A DNA stretch of 64,000 bases from an uncultured delta proteobacterium (lineage in GTDB: Bacteria; Desulfobacterota; Desulfuromonadia; Desulfuromonadales; BM103): contig CAVQRZ010000030.1 in the NCBI GenBank assembly GCA_963715335.1, positions 14,941 to 78,940 of the forward strand, written 5' to 3'. A program made the translations under genes and the position numbers. This document shows, in pieces, positions 29,727 to 39,181 of the stretch; position 1 is the first letter of the stretch; each line of letters starts with the position of its first letter. Below the pieces are notes generated by a model, which was given only the letters and a program-made list of their open reading frames with translations, did not search any database and was not told the DNA's origin.

Positions 29727-29990
29727 TCGGCCAAGGTGTTCACCATGGTTGGCGGGGCCAAGCTCAAGTAGTTGCTGGGGGCCGGCGACCTGGAGTGAAG
29801 GAAAACGGGGAAGGGGAGAGGACTCTCCTGTTAAATTTAAGGTTTATTGATATCTTGCGCGGATTTTTGGCCTGTGCGAGAATACAAAGTTGATAAGAAC
29901 TCCTTTTGCATTTTCAGAGCCGGTTGTCCGGGTATGGATGAGCAGCTAAAGCTCTACAATGTTTGAGCGGAATCACGGAGAACAACGCAG

Positions 29991-30518
29991 ATGGTTGCCG
30001 GCTTCAACCACAATTTTCGCTACCAGGGCGAGGTCTACCACATCCAGACCGAGGACAGTGGGATGTTCAGAACCAACATCGTGACCCTGCTTTACCGGGG
30101 GGGGACGATCCTCGCCTCGAAAAAAACCTCCTATGCCGACATTACCAAGATCGATAATCTTGAGCAGGTCGTCGAAGAGTTAATGAAAGAGCAACACAGG
30201 AACATGTTGCGAGGGCTCAAATCCGGCGAGTTTGACGAGGTGATTGAACGCTTCAAGGCGAGCAATAAAGGCATCCCAAAGGCCTCCGAGGCAGCAGCGG
30301 TGAGTAAACCAACTGCGGTCGAAAAACAGGTTGCCCAGGATTCAACGCCTCTTTCGCCACGCCCGATTGTCGCTCCCGTCGCTTCACCACAGGCACCGAA
30401 CGGAGGTACTCCAGCCAAGGCCACCCCCCCTCCAACCCCCGAGCAGGGCCAGGCCCCGGCGGTCGAGGTCAGTCTTGACGAAGTGATTCTCTCCTACCTG
30501 ATCGGGGACGAGGAGTAG
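29991..30518 (+). CDS. Hypothetical protein
   Basis: Globular-looking N-terminus (GFNHN..YHIQTEDSG), Pro/Ala-rich linker, C-terminal SLDEVILSYL. Confidence 0.75.
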   Translation: MVAGFNHNFRYQGEVYHIQTEDSGMFRTNIVTLLYRGGTILASKKTSYADITKIDNLEQVVEELMKEQHRNMLRGLKSGEFDEVIERFKASNKGIPKASEAAAVSKPTAVEKQVAQDSTPLSPRPIVAPVASPQAPNGGTPAKATPPPTPEQGQAPAVEVSLDEVILSYLIGDEE

Positions 30519-30605
30519 TGCGAAGGGCGGGATGCGTGACCGGAGAAGCTCAACCCTAAGGGCCGAAAGGCTGGAAACAATTTTAGATAAAAGAGCTCGC
30601 TGGCA

Positions 30606-31127
30606 ATGCTTGTAACGTGTAAGCCTGCAAATGACAATCAACGCGGCGCAATTTTGCTGTTGCTTATGGTGATGGTGGTGGTCATGGGCCTCGCGGCTGG
30701 TATGGCAGGGGAATCCTGGCGCAGCACTATGCAGAGAGCCCGCGAGGACGAGTTGCTCTGGCGCGGAGAGCAGTACCAGAAGGCGATTGCCAGCTACCAT
30801 TCCGTCAGGCAGGGTTCGCCGACGTTTCCGGCAAAACTGGAAGACCTGGTGCGCGATCCGCGTTTTCCGCATGTGGTAAGGCATTTACGCAAGCTCTATA
30901 ACGATCCGATGACCGGAGAAGACCTGAAGTTGGTAACAGGTCCGGGTGAACGTATTATCGGTGTGCGCAGTAGCAGTGACCTTGAACCTTTCCGCAAGGA
31001 TGGCTTCCCCAAATCCCTCGACAAACTACGGGGGAAAGAAGCCTACAATGAATGGGAGTTCGTATTTGAGCCGCCAAAGCAGCAAGTGGCCAAGAAACCA
31101 GCGATCACAACCTCTGCGCAACAGTAG
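30606..31127 (+). CDS. Type II secretion/pseudopilin-like protein
   Basis: Prepilin-like NQRG|AILLLL, REDELL, LEDLV, HLRKLYNDPMTG. Confidence 0.75.
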   Translation: MLVTCKPANDNQRGAILLLLMVMVVVMGLAAGMAGESWRSTMQRAREDELLWRGEQYQKAIASYHSVRQGSPTFPAKLEDLVRDPRFPHVVRHLRKLYNDPMTGEDLKLVTGPGERIIGVRSSSDLEPFRKDGFPKSLDKLRGKEAYNEWEFVFEPPKQQVAKKPAITTSAQQ

Positions 31128-31152
31128 CTGAACTCTTAAAGAGCAGGACACG

Positions 31153-32652
31153 ATGTTCACCAGAAACCTGATTGGTCGAATCATAATTCTTTCATTCCTG
31201 CTCTTCCTTGTCGCAATCGGCAGTGTGACCCTGTTCCATATCCGCCGCGAACACACTCATATAACCGAAACCAGCCTGCATACCGCGGACCTGATGATGT
31301 CAGTGATCGAGCGGTCCATCAGCAGTTCAATGAGCACCGGCAATACGCGCGATGTTCAGACGATCCTGGAGATGGTCGGAAGCGACCCGCGGCTTGCCGG
31401 CGTACGGATTTTTCACCCCGATGGCCGGATTCTGAAGTCTTCTGAGCCGAACGAAATCGGCCGACGGGTTGACCCTCACAGCCTGGGCACCTTCCTCCAG
31501 GGGCGGCAGCACGATATCTTCCGCAGTTCGTCCGGCGGTGAAGTCATGGGTGTCGTCAAGCCCATTTATACCGAGATGCGCTGTGCGCCTTGCCACGGCC
31601 CTGGTCGACGGGTGGTCGGGGTTTTGAACCTCGATATTTCCCTGGGGCAGATGGAAGTCCAGTTACTGGAGACCTCGCAGTTCTTCGGTTTTACCATGCT
31701 GGCCATGGTATTGCTCCTGACTGGCGGGGTCTCGCTGATCTTCCATCGCTTTGTCCGCCAGCCGTTGAAAGCCATCTCGGCGAAAATGGCGCAGGTTGAG
31801 GAAGGCGATCTCACTGTCCGTCTGAAACCGCAAAGCGAGGATGAGGTCGGTAGTCTGGCGGTCAGTTTCAACTCCATGGTTGACCGCTTGAGTGAAGCCA
31901 ATGATGAACTCCAGCAATGCCATTATCAGCAGATGGAGCGTGTTGATCGACTCGCCTCGGTCGGTGAGATGTCTGCCGGCATCGCCCATGAGATCAAAAA
32001 TCCTCTCGCGGCGATTAGCGGTGCAATCTCGGTTCTTTATGATGGCTTTGACAAAGAAGATCCCCGTCGAGAGGTTATCAACAAGGTTCTCGAACAGATT
32101 GCTCGACTCGACAAGGCGGCTACCGATTTGCTCTTTTTCGGGCGGCCCGGCAAGCCGAGTTTCGAGTTTGTCGATACCAACGAGCTGCTCAACAAGACGA
32201 TGTTTTTCGTCAGTCAGCACCCGGAAGCGAAGAATGTTCACCAAAATAAGGAATTTACTCGTCATTTGCCACCTGTTTGGGTTGACGCGAAGCAGCTGCA
32301 ACAGGTATTTTTCAATATAATCATAAACGCCATACAGGCAATGAAGGATGGCGGCACTCTGCTCCTGCAGACCGACTTGATTGGCAATCAGGAAAAGCAG
32401 GTTGTCAGAGTCATGATCGGTGACTCCGGTCCGGGAATCGAGCCGGAAGTTCTGAACAAGATTTTTACGCCATTTTTTACCACCAAGACCCAGGGTACCG
32501 GGCTCGGCCTGGCCATATGCCGACAACTCATAGAGCAACAGGGCGGTACGATCGAGATCAAGAGCCGAGTCGGAGAGGGATCCCGCGTTTTGATTGATTT
32601 GCCGGTCAGCTCGAACGCTGTTTCGTTTAAGAGTGAGGATGAACGTGCGTAA
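31153..32652 (+). CDS. HAMP sensor histidine kinase with a periplasmic CxxCH motif
   Basis: Two TM helices, CAPCH, HAMP, AHEIKNPL, GTGLGL. Confidence 0.92.
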   Translation: MFTRNLIGRIIILSFLLFLVAIGSVTLFHIRREHTHITETSLHTADLMMSVIERSISSSMSTGNTRDVQTILEMVGSDPRLAGVRIFHPDGRILKSSEPNEIGRRVDPHSLGTFLQGRQHDIFRSSSGGEVMGVVKPIYTEMRCAPCHGPGRRVVGVLNLDISLGQMEVQLLETSQFFGFTMLAMVLLLTGGVSLIFHRFVRQPLKAISAKMAQVEEGDLTVRLKPQSEDEVGSLAVSFNSMVDRLSEANDELQQCHYQQMERVDRLASVGEMSAGIAHEIKNPLAAISGAISVLYDGFDKEDPRREVINKVLEQIARLDKAATDLLFFGRPGKPSFEFVDTNELLNKTMFFVSQHPEAKNVHQNKEFTRHLPPVWVDAKQLQQVFFNIIINAIQAMKDGGTLLLQTDLIGNQEKQVVRVMIGDSGPGIEPEVLNKIFTPFFTTKTQGTGLGLAICRQLIEQQGGTIEIKSRVGEGSRVLIDLPVSSNAVSFKSEDERA

Positions 32653-34018
32653 TACAAGAATACTGGTTGTTGATGATGAACATTTGATCCGCTGGTCGCT
32701 GGAGCAGTCGCTGATGAAGCAGGGCTACGATGTGGCCACCGCTGCCAGTGGCGAGGAAGCCATCAAGCAGGTTCACGATGAGGCTCCGGAACTGGTGCTG
32801 CTCGATATCCAGCTGCCTGGCATAGATGGCCTCGAGGTCCTGCAGAAGATCAAGGAAATTGACAGCGATATTATAGTGGTCATGGTAACGGCCCTCGGTG
32901 TTCTCGAAACCGCTATCAAAGCCATGCGTCTCGGCGCCCACGATTATATCAACAAACCGTTCAATCTTGACGAACTCTCGATTATCGTCAAGAAGGCCCT
33001 CGAAACCCGCCGATTGCGGAAGGAGGTTGCCCACCTGCGCTCCGCCCAGGAGCACAAGTTCGGTATCGACAATATCATTGGTGACAGCCGCCACATGAAG
33101 CAGGTCCTCGACATGGTGCGCAAGGTGGCGAAGAGCGATGCCAGTACGGTCCTCATTCAGGGTGAGAGCGGTACTGGCAAGGAATTGATCGCCAGAGCTA
33201 TCCACATGGAAAGCGCCAGAAAAGACAAGCCATTCATGGCGATCAACTGTGCCGCTGTACCCGAGACCTTGTTGGAAAGCGAATTGATGGGTCACGAAAA
33301 AGGGGCTTTCACCGATGCCAAGAACCAGAAGCGCGGCCTCTTCGAGATGTCCGATGGCGGCACTATCTTCCTCGACGAAATAGGCGACATGGAGATGGGG
33401 ATGCAGGCCAAGCTTTTGCGTATCCTCGAGGAGCGCACTTTCCGCCGGGTCGGTGGTACCAAGGAGATTCCGGTCGATGTGCGGATAGTTTCGGCAACCA
33501 ACCAGGAACTGCTGAAGAAGATCGAGGAAAAGACCTTTCGCAACGACCTCTACTATCGGCTCCAGGTGATTCCGATTTACCTGCCGCCGCTGCGCGAGCG
33601 GCGGGAAGATATCATGCCCCTGGTCGAGTTCTTTATCCGGTATTACAGCAAGGAGTTCGGTAAAACCGTTACTGGCGTGTCCAAGATGGCACGCAAGTTC
33701 CTTGAGGAGTACGAATGGCCCGGTAATGTCCGCGAGCTGCGCAACATAATCGAACGAGCGATCATTCTCGAGAACGCAGAGACGCTCATGCTTGAGCACC
33801 TGCCCCGGGAGTTGGTCTCCAAGACCGGCGATCTCGCTTCCGGACCGACGAGTCTGCGTATCCCGCCGGAAGGGATTGATATCGAGGATGTTGAGCGGGA
33901 GTTGATACGCCAGGCTCTCGAAATTTCCGATGGTAACCAGTCAAAGGCTGCCCAGAAGCTCAGCCTCGGGATCGACGCTTTTCGTTACAGGATGAAAAAA
34001 TTCGGTTTTTTAAGTTGA
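32639..34018 (+). CDS. Sigma-54-dependent (NtrC-family) response regulator
   Basis: Receiver VVDDE, GESGTGKE, GAFTDA, WPGNVREL, Fis-type HTH. Confidence 0.95.
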   Translation: MNVRNTRILVVDDEHLIRWSLEQSLMKQGYDVATAASGEEAIKQVHDEAPELVLLDIQLPGIDGLEVLQKIKEIDSDIIVVMVTALGVLETAIKAMRLGAHDYINKPFNLDELSIIVKKALETRRLRKEVAHLRSAQEHKFGIDNIIGDSRHMKQVLDMVRKVAKSDASTVLIQGESGTGKELIARAIHMESARKDKPFMAINCAAVPETLLESELMGHEKGAFTDAKNQKRGLFEMSDGGTIFLDEIGDMEMGMQAKLLRILEERTFRRVGGTKEIPVDVRIVSATNQELLKKIEEKTFRNDLYYRLQVIPIYLPPLRERREDIMPLVEFFIRYYSKEFGKTVTGVSKMARKFLEEYEWPGNVRELRNIIERAIILENAETLMLEHLPRELVSKTGDLASGPTSLRIPPEGIDIEDVERELIRQALEISDGNQSKAAQKLSLGIDAFRYRMKKFGFLS

Positions 34019-34034
34019 GCGACATGGCGGCCGC

Positions 34035-34235
34035 TTAACAGAATCGGCTCAGCCCTCCGCTCTCCGGACCGGCGACGAAGGCAAAAGCCTGGATGTCGTG
34101 CCCCTTGTTGATCAGGCGGCGACTTTCACGGTCACGCCGAAAGCGCTTGTTCTCGGTCTCCTCGGTATATTGCTCACCACGCCAGCGAAACTCGTCAAAC
34201 TCCGGTATACCAATGTCCTCCGGGGTTCCTTGCAC
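34035..34235 (-). CDS. Small hypothetical protein (start uncertain)
   Basis: 66-aa ORF filling an intergenic gap; no motif or clear RBS. Confidence 0.3.
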   Translation of the reverse strand: MQGTPEDIGIPEFDEFRWRGEQYTEETENKRFRRDRESRRLINKGHDIQAFAFVAGPESGGLSRFC

Positions 34236-34426
34236 ATAAGGTTTCTATTCTAACGGGAGAGTGTATGCCCACAGAAACAGGCATCCGATAGCGAGAAGGC
34301 TGCTTGGGTTCATCCCCTATATTCAGTCTTTTTCTGCGAGGATTTGGTGCCGTTTGCCTCACTCGTGTTGCCTGGAGAGGGAGGCGATTTTCTTCGAATT
34401 TAAAGTGAGAGGAGGCAAGGCGGGTA

Positions 34427-35200
34427 ATGAATACTCTGGCATACGATGAGCAGGGCCTGGGCCTGCCGGTGGTGTTGATCCATGGCTTTCCGCTAAACCG
34501 CAGGATGTGGCGGCCACAGCTAGGGGTGTTGGCAAGCTCCGGGTGCCGAGTGATCTGTCCCGATCTGCAGGGGTTTGGCGAGAGCCCGTTTTCTGGCCGG
34601 CAGGCGACGATGTCTCTGTACGCCGATGCGTTGATCCGGCTGCTTGATCGTCTCGATATCGCCAAAGCCGTGGTCGGCGGCATGTCGATGGGAGGATATG
34701 TGCTGCTCAACATGGTCGAACGGTATCCGGAACGGCTGTTGGGAGCAATGTACCTGGTGACCCGCGCGGCCGCCGACGATGCCGCCGGCAGGGAGAAGCG
34801 GACCACGCTGGCAGCAGAGGTTGAGAACGGCAACCTTCTGGCCGTTCCTGAAGCTTTTGTCCAGGTGCTGTTCGCACCGCAGACCCCACGGGAAAAACCG
34901 GAACTGGTCAGCGAGGTCAAGCGATGGATGGAATCTACGCCGGCGCAGGGGGTGGTTGGCGGTCTGCTGGCGATGCGAGACCGCGCTGATTACATCGAGC
35001 GGCTGGGAGGATTAAATGTCCCGTCTCTCGTCGTTGGTGCCGAACAGGACATGGCGGTGCCCCCCGAACATGCCCGGGTCCTGGCTGATGGATTGCCGGA
35101 TGCCGAGTTAAAAATAATCCTCGGCGCCGGTCATATGGCCAATCTGGAACGGCCTGACCTGTTCAACCAAGCGCTACTCGCATTTCTTGCAAAGTTTTAA
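34427..35200 (+). CDS. Alpha/beta fold hydrolase
   Basis: LIHGFP, GMSMGG nucleophile elbow, AGHMANLE. Confidence 0.9.
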   Translation: MNTLAYDEQGLGLPVVLIHGFPLNRRMWRPQLGVLASSGCRVICPDLQGFGESPFSGRQATMSLYADALIRLLDRLDIAKAVVGGMSMGGYVLLNMVERYPERLLGAMYLVTRAAADDAAGREKRTTLAAEVENGNLLAVPEAFVQVLFAPQTPREKPELVSEVKRWMESTPAQGVVGGLLAMRDRADYIERLGGLNVPSLVVGAEQDMAVPPEHARVLADGLPDAELKIILGAGHMANLERPDLFNQALLAFLAKF

Positions 35201-35256
35201 GGGCAGGGCAACACGGCACGCGACAATCTTGTTTACGTTCTGCGTCCAAGCTGCCC

Positions 35257-36720
35257 CTATGGATACTTTTCGAGGTACTGCTTCAATTTCACCTTCCGCC
35301 GCGTATTATCCGAGCTCATGTAGCGCACTTTGCCGAAGATCTCCCGTTCGGGACCCCAGGCCCGGTCGTAGCGTCCCAGGCACCAGAAAATACCACTGTA
35401 AGAATTCGGATCCCGGCCGTCGAGGGCGTAGCGGTCGTTGAGTTCAAGCATGATTTCCAGGGCCTGTTCCGGACTTGCTGACCACTCGAGAATTTTTTTC
35501 CCCCACAACATACGCAGATAGTTATGCAGGGTCCCCTCGCGTCGCAGCTGGTTCTGAGCGGCGTTCCAGAGCTGGTCGTGGGTTTGTGCATCGGCAAACT
35601 CCTGTAGCGTGTAGCAGTAAGGTCGTGAGTCGCAGCGGTGTTCGTCGAGGGTCCGGCGAGCCCACTCCGGGAGGCTTTTGTAGCTCCGGTAAAGTTCAGG
35701 TTCAAAACAACACATATTGAAGCCGAGTTCACGCCAGGTGATCAACTGGTCGAGGAAGGCTTCGGCGTTGATCGACATGTGCCACCAGCCGCTACGCCTG
35801 CCGTCAGTACGCAACGACAGGTTGTGGGGAACCCAGTCTTCTTGTTTGACGATCACAGAGAAAATTTCGTGACTACTGATATGACCGAAATGCAGGTAGG
35901 GGGAGAGGCCGCTGGTGGCATCAAGATCGGGATGGTTGCGGTCCTCGGTGTAACGGTCGAGCTTGTTGGCAAGGAACTCGGTCAACCTTTGCCGTGCGGC
36001 GTCCTGCCCTCCGCTGGTTCGCACAGGCGCGACATCGTGATCAACAGGAAGATTCTCCAGGCGAAATTCCCCGGCCTGCTGCAGTTCCGCTGTAGCGGAT
36101 GGCCAGCGTTCAGTGATCGATTCCGTCAGAAACGGTCCTGATGGACCTTTCAACCCGTCCAGAGGTTCGTCTTCCGGCCACTCCATCAGGTGCTGCGGCA
36201 GGTTCTTCTGTAGAAAACGGCGGAACGCATAGGCGGTGGGGAAGGCGTGGTCGGCAACCCGCATCGGCAGCAGCCCATTGCCATCGACCGCTTCCAGGCG
36301 TATCGGCAGGAGCTCTCCTGCGGACCGTAAAAGGCGGGAGAAAAAGAGTGACGGGAAGTCATCGGTGATCACCAGGCAGGCCTGCGCGGAAAGGGCCGCG
36401 AGGAGCCCCTGGCCCGCCCCCGGTGCAGGCTCGACGTACGGATAGTAAACCAGCGCCTTGCCGGTAAGGGCTCGCAGGTTGTCGGCCATGCCTTGCAGGA
36501 TGAAACGGTGCAACCGGTCGCTGGCGTAAGGGTAATCACAGTCGAGAGGTTCCAGAATAAGCAGCGGTTTGCTTAGCTCGACAGACACTTCGACGGCCCG
36601 CTGCAGGGAGAAATTCCACCGGGTGCGCCGGCAGGCTATCATCCAGTAAAGAACATATTTCCCCTCCGGGTTGAACCCCCTGTTGTTGATGAGGCTTATG
36701 CGCTGGGCGGGAACCTTCAC
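35257..36720 (-). CDS. phr: Deoxyribodipyrimidine photolyase (class II-like)
   Basis: YVLYWM, SGLSPYLHFG, THDQLWNAAQ, NYLRMLWGKK, DGRDPN. Confidence 0.9.
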   Translation of the reverse strand: MKVPAQRISLINNRGFNPEGKYVLYWMIACRRTRWNFSLQRAVEVSVELSKPLLILEPLDCDYPYASDRLHRFILQGMADNLRALTGKALVYYPYVEPAPGAGQGLLAALSAQACLVITDDFPSLFFSRLLRSAGELLPIRLEAVDGNGLLPMRVADHAFPTAYAFRRFLQKNLPQHLMEWPEDEPLDGLKGPSGPFLTESITERWPSATAELQQAGEFRLENLPVDHDVAPVRTSGGQDAARQRLTEFLANKLDRYTEDRNHPDLDATSGLSPYLHFGHISSHEIFSVIVKQEDWVPHNLSLRTDGRRSGWWHMSINAEAFLDQLITWRELGFNMCCFEPELYRSYKSLPEWARRTLDEHRCDSRPYCYTLQEFADAQTHDQLWNAAQNQLRREGTLHNYLRMLWGKKILEWSASPEQALEIMLELNDRYALDGRDPNSYSGIFWCLGRYDRAWGPEREIFGKVRYMSSDNTRRKVKLKQYLEKYP

Positions 36721-36878
36721 GGAGCTGTCCTTGGCAAGTGCTGGTAGCTTGGTACACTATACCAGAATTAATGGTGAGGGGAATGCGGCACGGGGGATGC
36801 GGACATGCCAACCCAAGCATGATGTACTTGACAAGTCGAATGGACTAACCAAACTATCACCACGAACCAGGAGTCTAT

Positions 36879-37829
36879 ATGACCGAAAAAATCCGCCTTG
36901 GCGTCAGCAGTTGCCTGCTTGGCGAAATGGTCCGCTACGATGGTGGCCACCAGCTCGATCGCTACCTGCGTGATACGCTCGGCCAGTACGTCGAATATGT
37001 ACCGGTATGCCCCGAGGTGGAAATGGGTCTGCCGACACCGCGCGAAACCCTGCGCCTGGTCGAGCGGGACGGCGAGGCACGCCTGGTGTTCTCAAAGTCG
37101 GGTGAAGACATCACCGGGCAGATGCTGGCCTGGGCGCAGCAGCGCGTCAGGGCGCTGGAGAAGGAAGACCTGTGCGGATTTGTTTTCAAGGCCAAGTCGC
37201 CGTCGAGTGGCATGGAACGGGTCAAGCTCTATGATCGAAACGGCGTCCCCAGCAAGCAGGGCATAGGGCTGTTTGCGCGGGTGTTCATGGAGCACTTTCC
37301 GCTGCTGCCGGTGGAAGAAGATGGCCGTCTGCACGACCCACGCCTGCGGGAGAATTTCGTTGAATGTCTATTTACCTTCAAACGCTGGCGGGCCTTGCTG
37401 GCAAAGGGCCAAAGTGCCGGCAACCTGGTTGATTTCCATACCCGGCACAAACTGCTTATCATGGCGCATAGCCCGGAGATCTATCGACAGATGGGCAAGC
37501 TCGTCGCCACGGCAGGCAAGGCTTCGGGTGGCAACCTGTTTGCCGAATACGAGGCTTTATTGATGAAGGGGATGCGTCTGCATGCTTCGGTGCGCAAACA
37601 GGTCAACGTGCTGCAACATTTGCTCGGGTACTTCAAAAAGCAGCTGAGCGCCGACGAGAAGCAGGAGGCGCTGGAGCAGATTGACCTGTACCGCAATGGC
37701 ACCCTGCCGCTGGTGGTGCCCCTGACCCTGATCAACCATTATGTGCGCAAGTACGACCAGCCTTACCTGCAGCAACAACTCTACCTCAACCCGCATCCGG
37801 TTGAACTGCAATTGCGCAACCATGTTTAA
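36879..37829 (+). CDS. DUF523/DUF1722 (YbgA-like) protein
   Basis: GVSSCLLG..RYDGGH, CPEVEMG, KSPSSG, FHTRHKL. Confidence 0.9.
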   Translation: MTEKIRLGVSSCLLGEMVRYDGGHQLDRYLRDTLGQYVEYVPVCPEVEMGLPTPRETLRLVERDGEARLVFSKSGEDITGQMLAWAQQRVRALEKEDLCGFVFKAKSPSSGMERVKLYDRNGVPSKQGIGLFARVFMEHFPLLPVEEDGRLHDPRLRENFVECLFTFKRWRALLAKGQSAGNLVDFHTRHKLLIMAHSPEIYRQMGKLVATAGKASGGNLFAEYEALLMKGMRLHASVRKQVNVLQHLLGYFKKQLSADEKQEALEQIDLYRNGTLPLVVPLTLINHYVRKYDQPYLQQQLYLNPHPVELQLRNHV

Positions 37830-37936
37830 AGCATGGCTCGTGGTGTAAAAAGCTTTTCCTGCGGGGTGCTTTAAAGTTAGATGCCCAGATGTTTTTGTCG
37901 CGCCACGCGCCAAGGGTTTCTGTTATCATTCTTGCC

Positions 37937-39181
37937 ATGAAATGGCTGATTCTTCTCGCATATCTGTTAGTCATGGCGTTACGTTTGTGGCTGCGTCGCT
38001 TGAACCTGAATTACCTTGCGCGCCACGGGCATGAAGTTCCGCAGGCCTTTGCAGGTTTCGTTGACCAGGAACTGTTGAAAAGGACCTCCGAATACACTCT
38101 GGCCAACAGCCGGACGGGGTTGATAGAATTGCTCTTCTCCAGTCTGCTCCTGGTCATATTCCTGTTTGGTGGTCTGCTCGAGTGGTACGACAGCCGGGTT
38201 GGCACCCTGACCAACTCTTTCATCGGCCAGGGAGTGCTCTTTGTGCTGGGCCTGACCCTGGTCCAGACAGCACTGGACACCCCCTTCAGCCTTTATCGCA
38301 CCTTCGTCCTGGAAGAACGGTTCCAGTTCAACACCTCGACACCGAAACTCTGGTTCACCGACCTGGTGAAGTCCCTGCTCCTCGGTGCTGTGCTGCTCTC
38401 CCTGGTGACGGCCGGTGCTCTGGCCCTGGTGCAGACCAGTCCGGATTCCTGGTGGCTGTGGGTGTGTGGCTTTCAGGCTTTGATCACACTGCTCCTGATG
38501 TACCTCTCGCCGGTTCTGATTGAGCCGCTATTCTTCAAGTTTCGTCCGCTCCAGAACGAAGAGCTCGCCGAACGGGTCAAACGGGTGATGGCCCGGGCCG
38601 GGCTGCAGGTGGACCGGGTGCAGCAGGTCGATGCATCAAGGCGCAGCAAACACTCCAATGCCTATTTCACCGGCATCGGCAGGGTCAAGCGCATCGTTTT
38701 GTTTGATACCCTCCTGGAACAGATGGCTGATGAAGAAATCATCGGTGTGCTGGCGCACGAGGCCGGCCACTGGAAGCTCGGCCATATCTGGAAACGCCTG
38801 CTGGGAATGGGGCTGGCCTCCCTTGTGGTCTGCTGGCTGGCGTGGTATCTGCTCGGCCAGGGCAGTTTGCCAGGATGGTTCGGCCTCGGTCCGCTGAGCT
38901 TCGTCGGCCAGGTCGTGCTGCTGAGTTTCCTTGCCAGCCTGGCCGGGTTTCTCCTGACCCCGCTATCCAGTGGACTGTCCCGTCGCCACGAGTGGCAGGC
39001 CGACCGCTTTGCCTACGGGCTGACCGGTGAAACTCAGCCCTTGTCAAGAGCATTGGCCAAACTGTCCTGTGAGAATCTGAGCAACCTGCATCCGCATCCT
39101 TACTATGCCTGGTTTTACTACTCGCACCCACCGGTTACGGCCAGGATTGCCAGACTGTCAGAGCTGGAGTCTTCTCCATGA
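37937..39181 (+). CDS. M48 (Ste24-like) metallopeptidase
   Basis: NAYFTG, AHEAGH, EWQAD, YSHPP. Confidence 0.92.
   Translation: MKWLILLAYLLVMALRLWLRRLNLNYLARHGHEVPQAFAGFVDQELLKRTSEYTLANSRTGLIELLFSSLLLVIFLFGGLLEWYDSRVGTLTNSFIGQGVLFVLGLTLVQTALDTPFSLYRTFVLEERFQFNTSTPKLWFTDLVKSLLLGAVLLSLVTAGALALVQTSPDSWWLWVCGFQALITLLLMYLSPVLIEPLFFKFRPLQNEELAERVKRVMARAGLQVDRVQQVDASRRSKHSNAYFTGIGRVKRIVLFDTLLEQMADEEIIGVLAHEAGHWKLGHIWKRLLGMGLASLVVCWLAWYLLGQGSLPGWFGLGPLSFVGQVVLLSFLASLAGFLLTPLSSGLSRRHEWQADRFAYGLTGETQPLSRALAKLSCENLSNLHPHPYYAWFYYSHPPVTARIARLSELESSP

Noticed and set aside
30518..30600. Possible c-di-GMP-I (GEMM) riboswitch: CTAAGGGCCGAAAGGCT
   Set aside because: Resembles only part of the second stem; the GGCAAA and GCAAA conserved segments are not visible. 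An Rfam search would decide.
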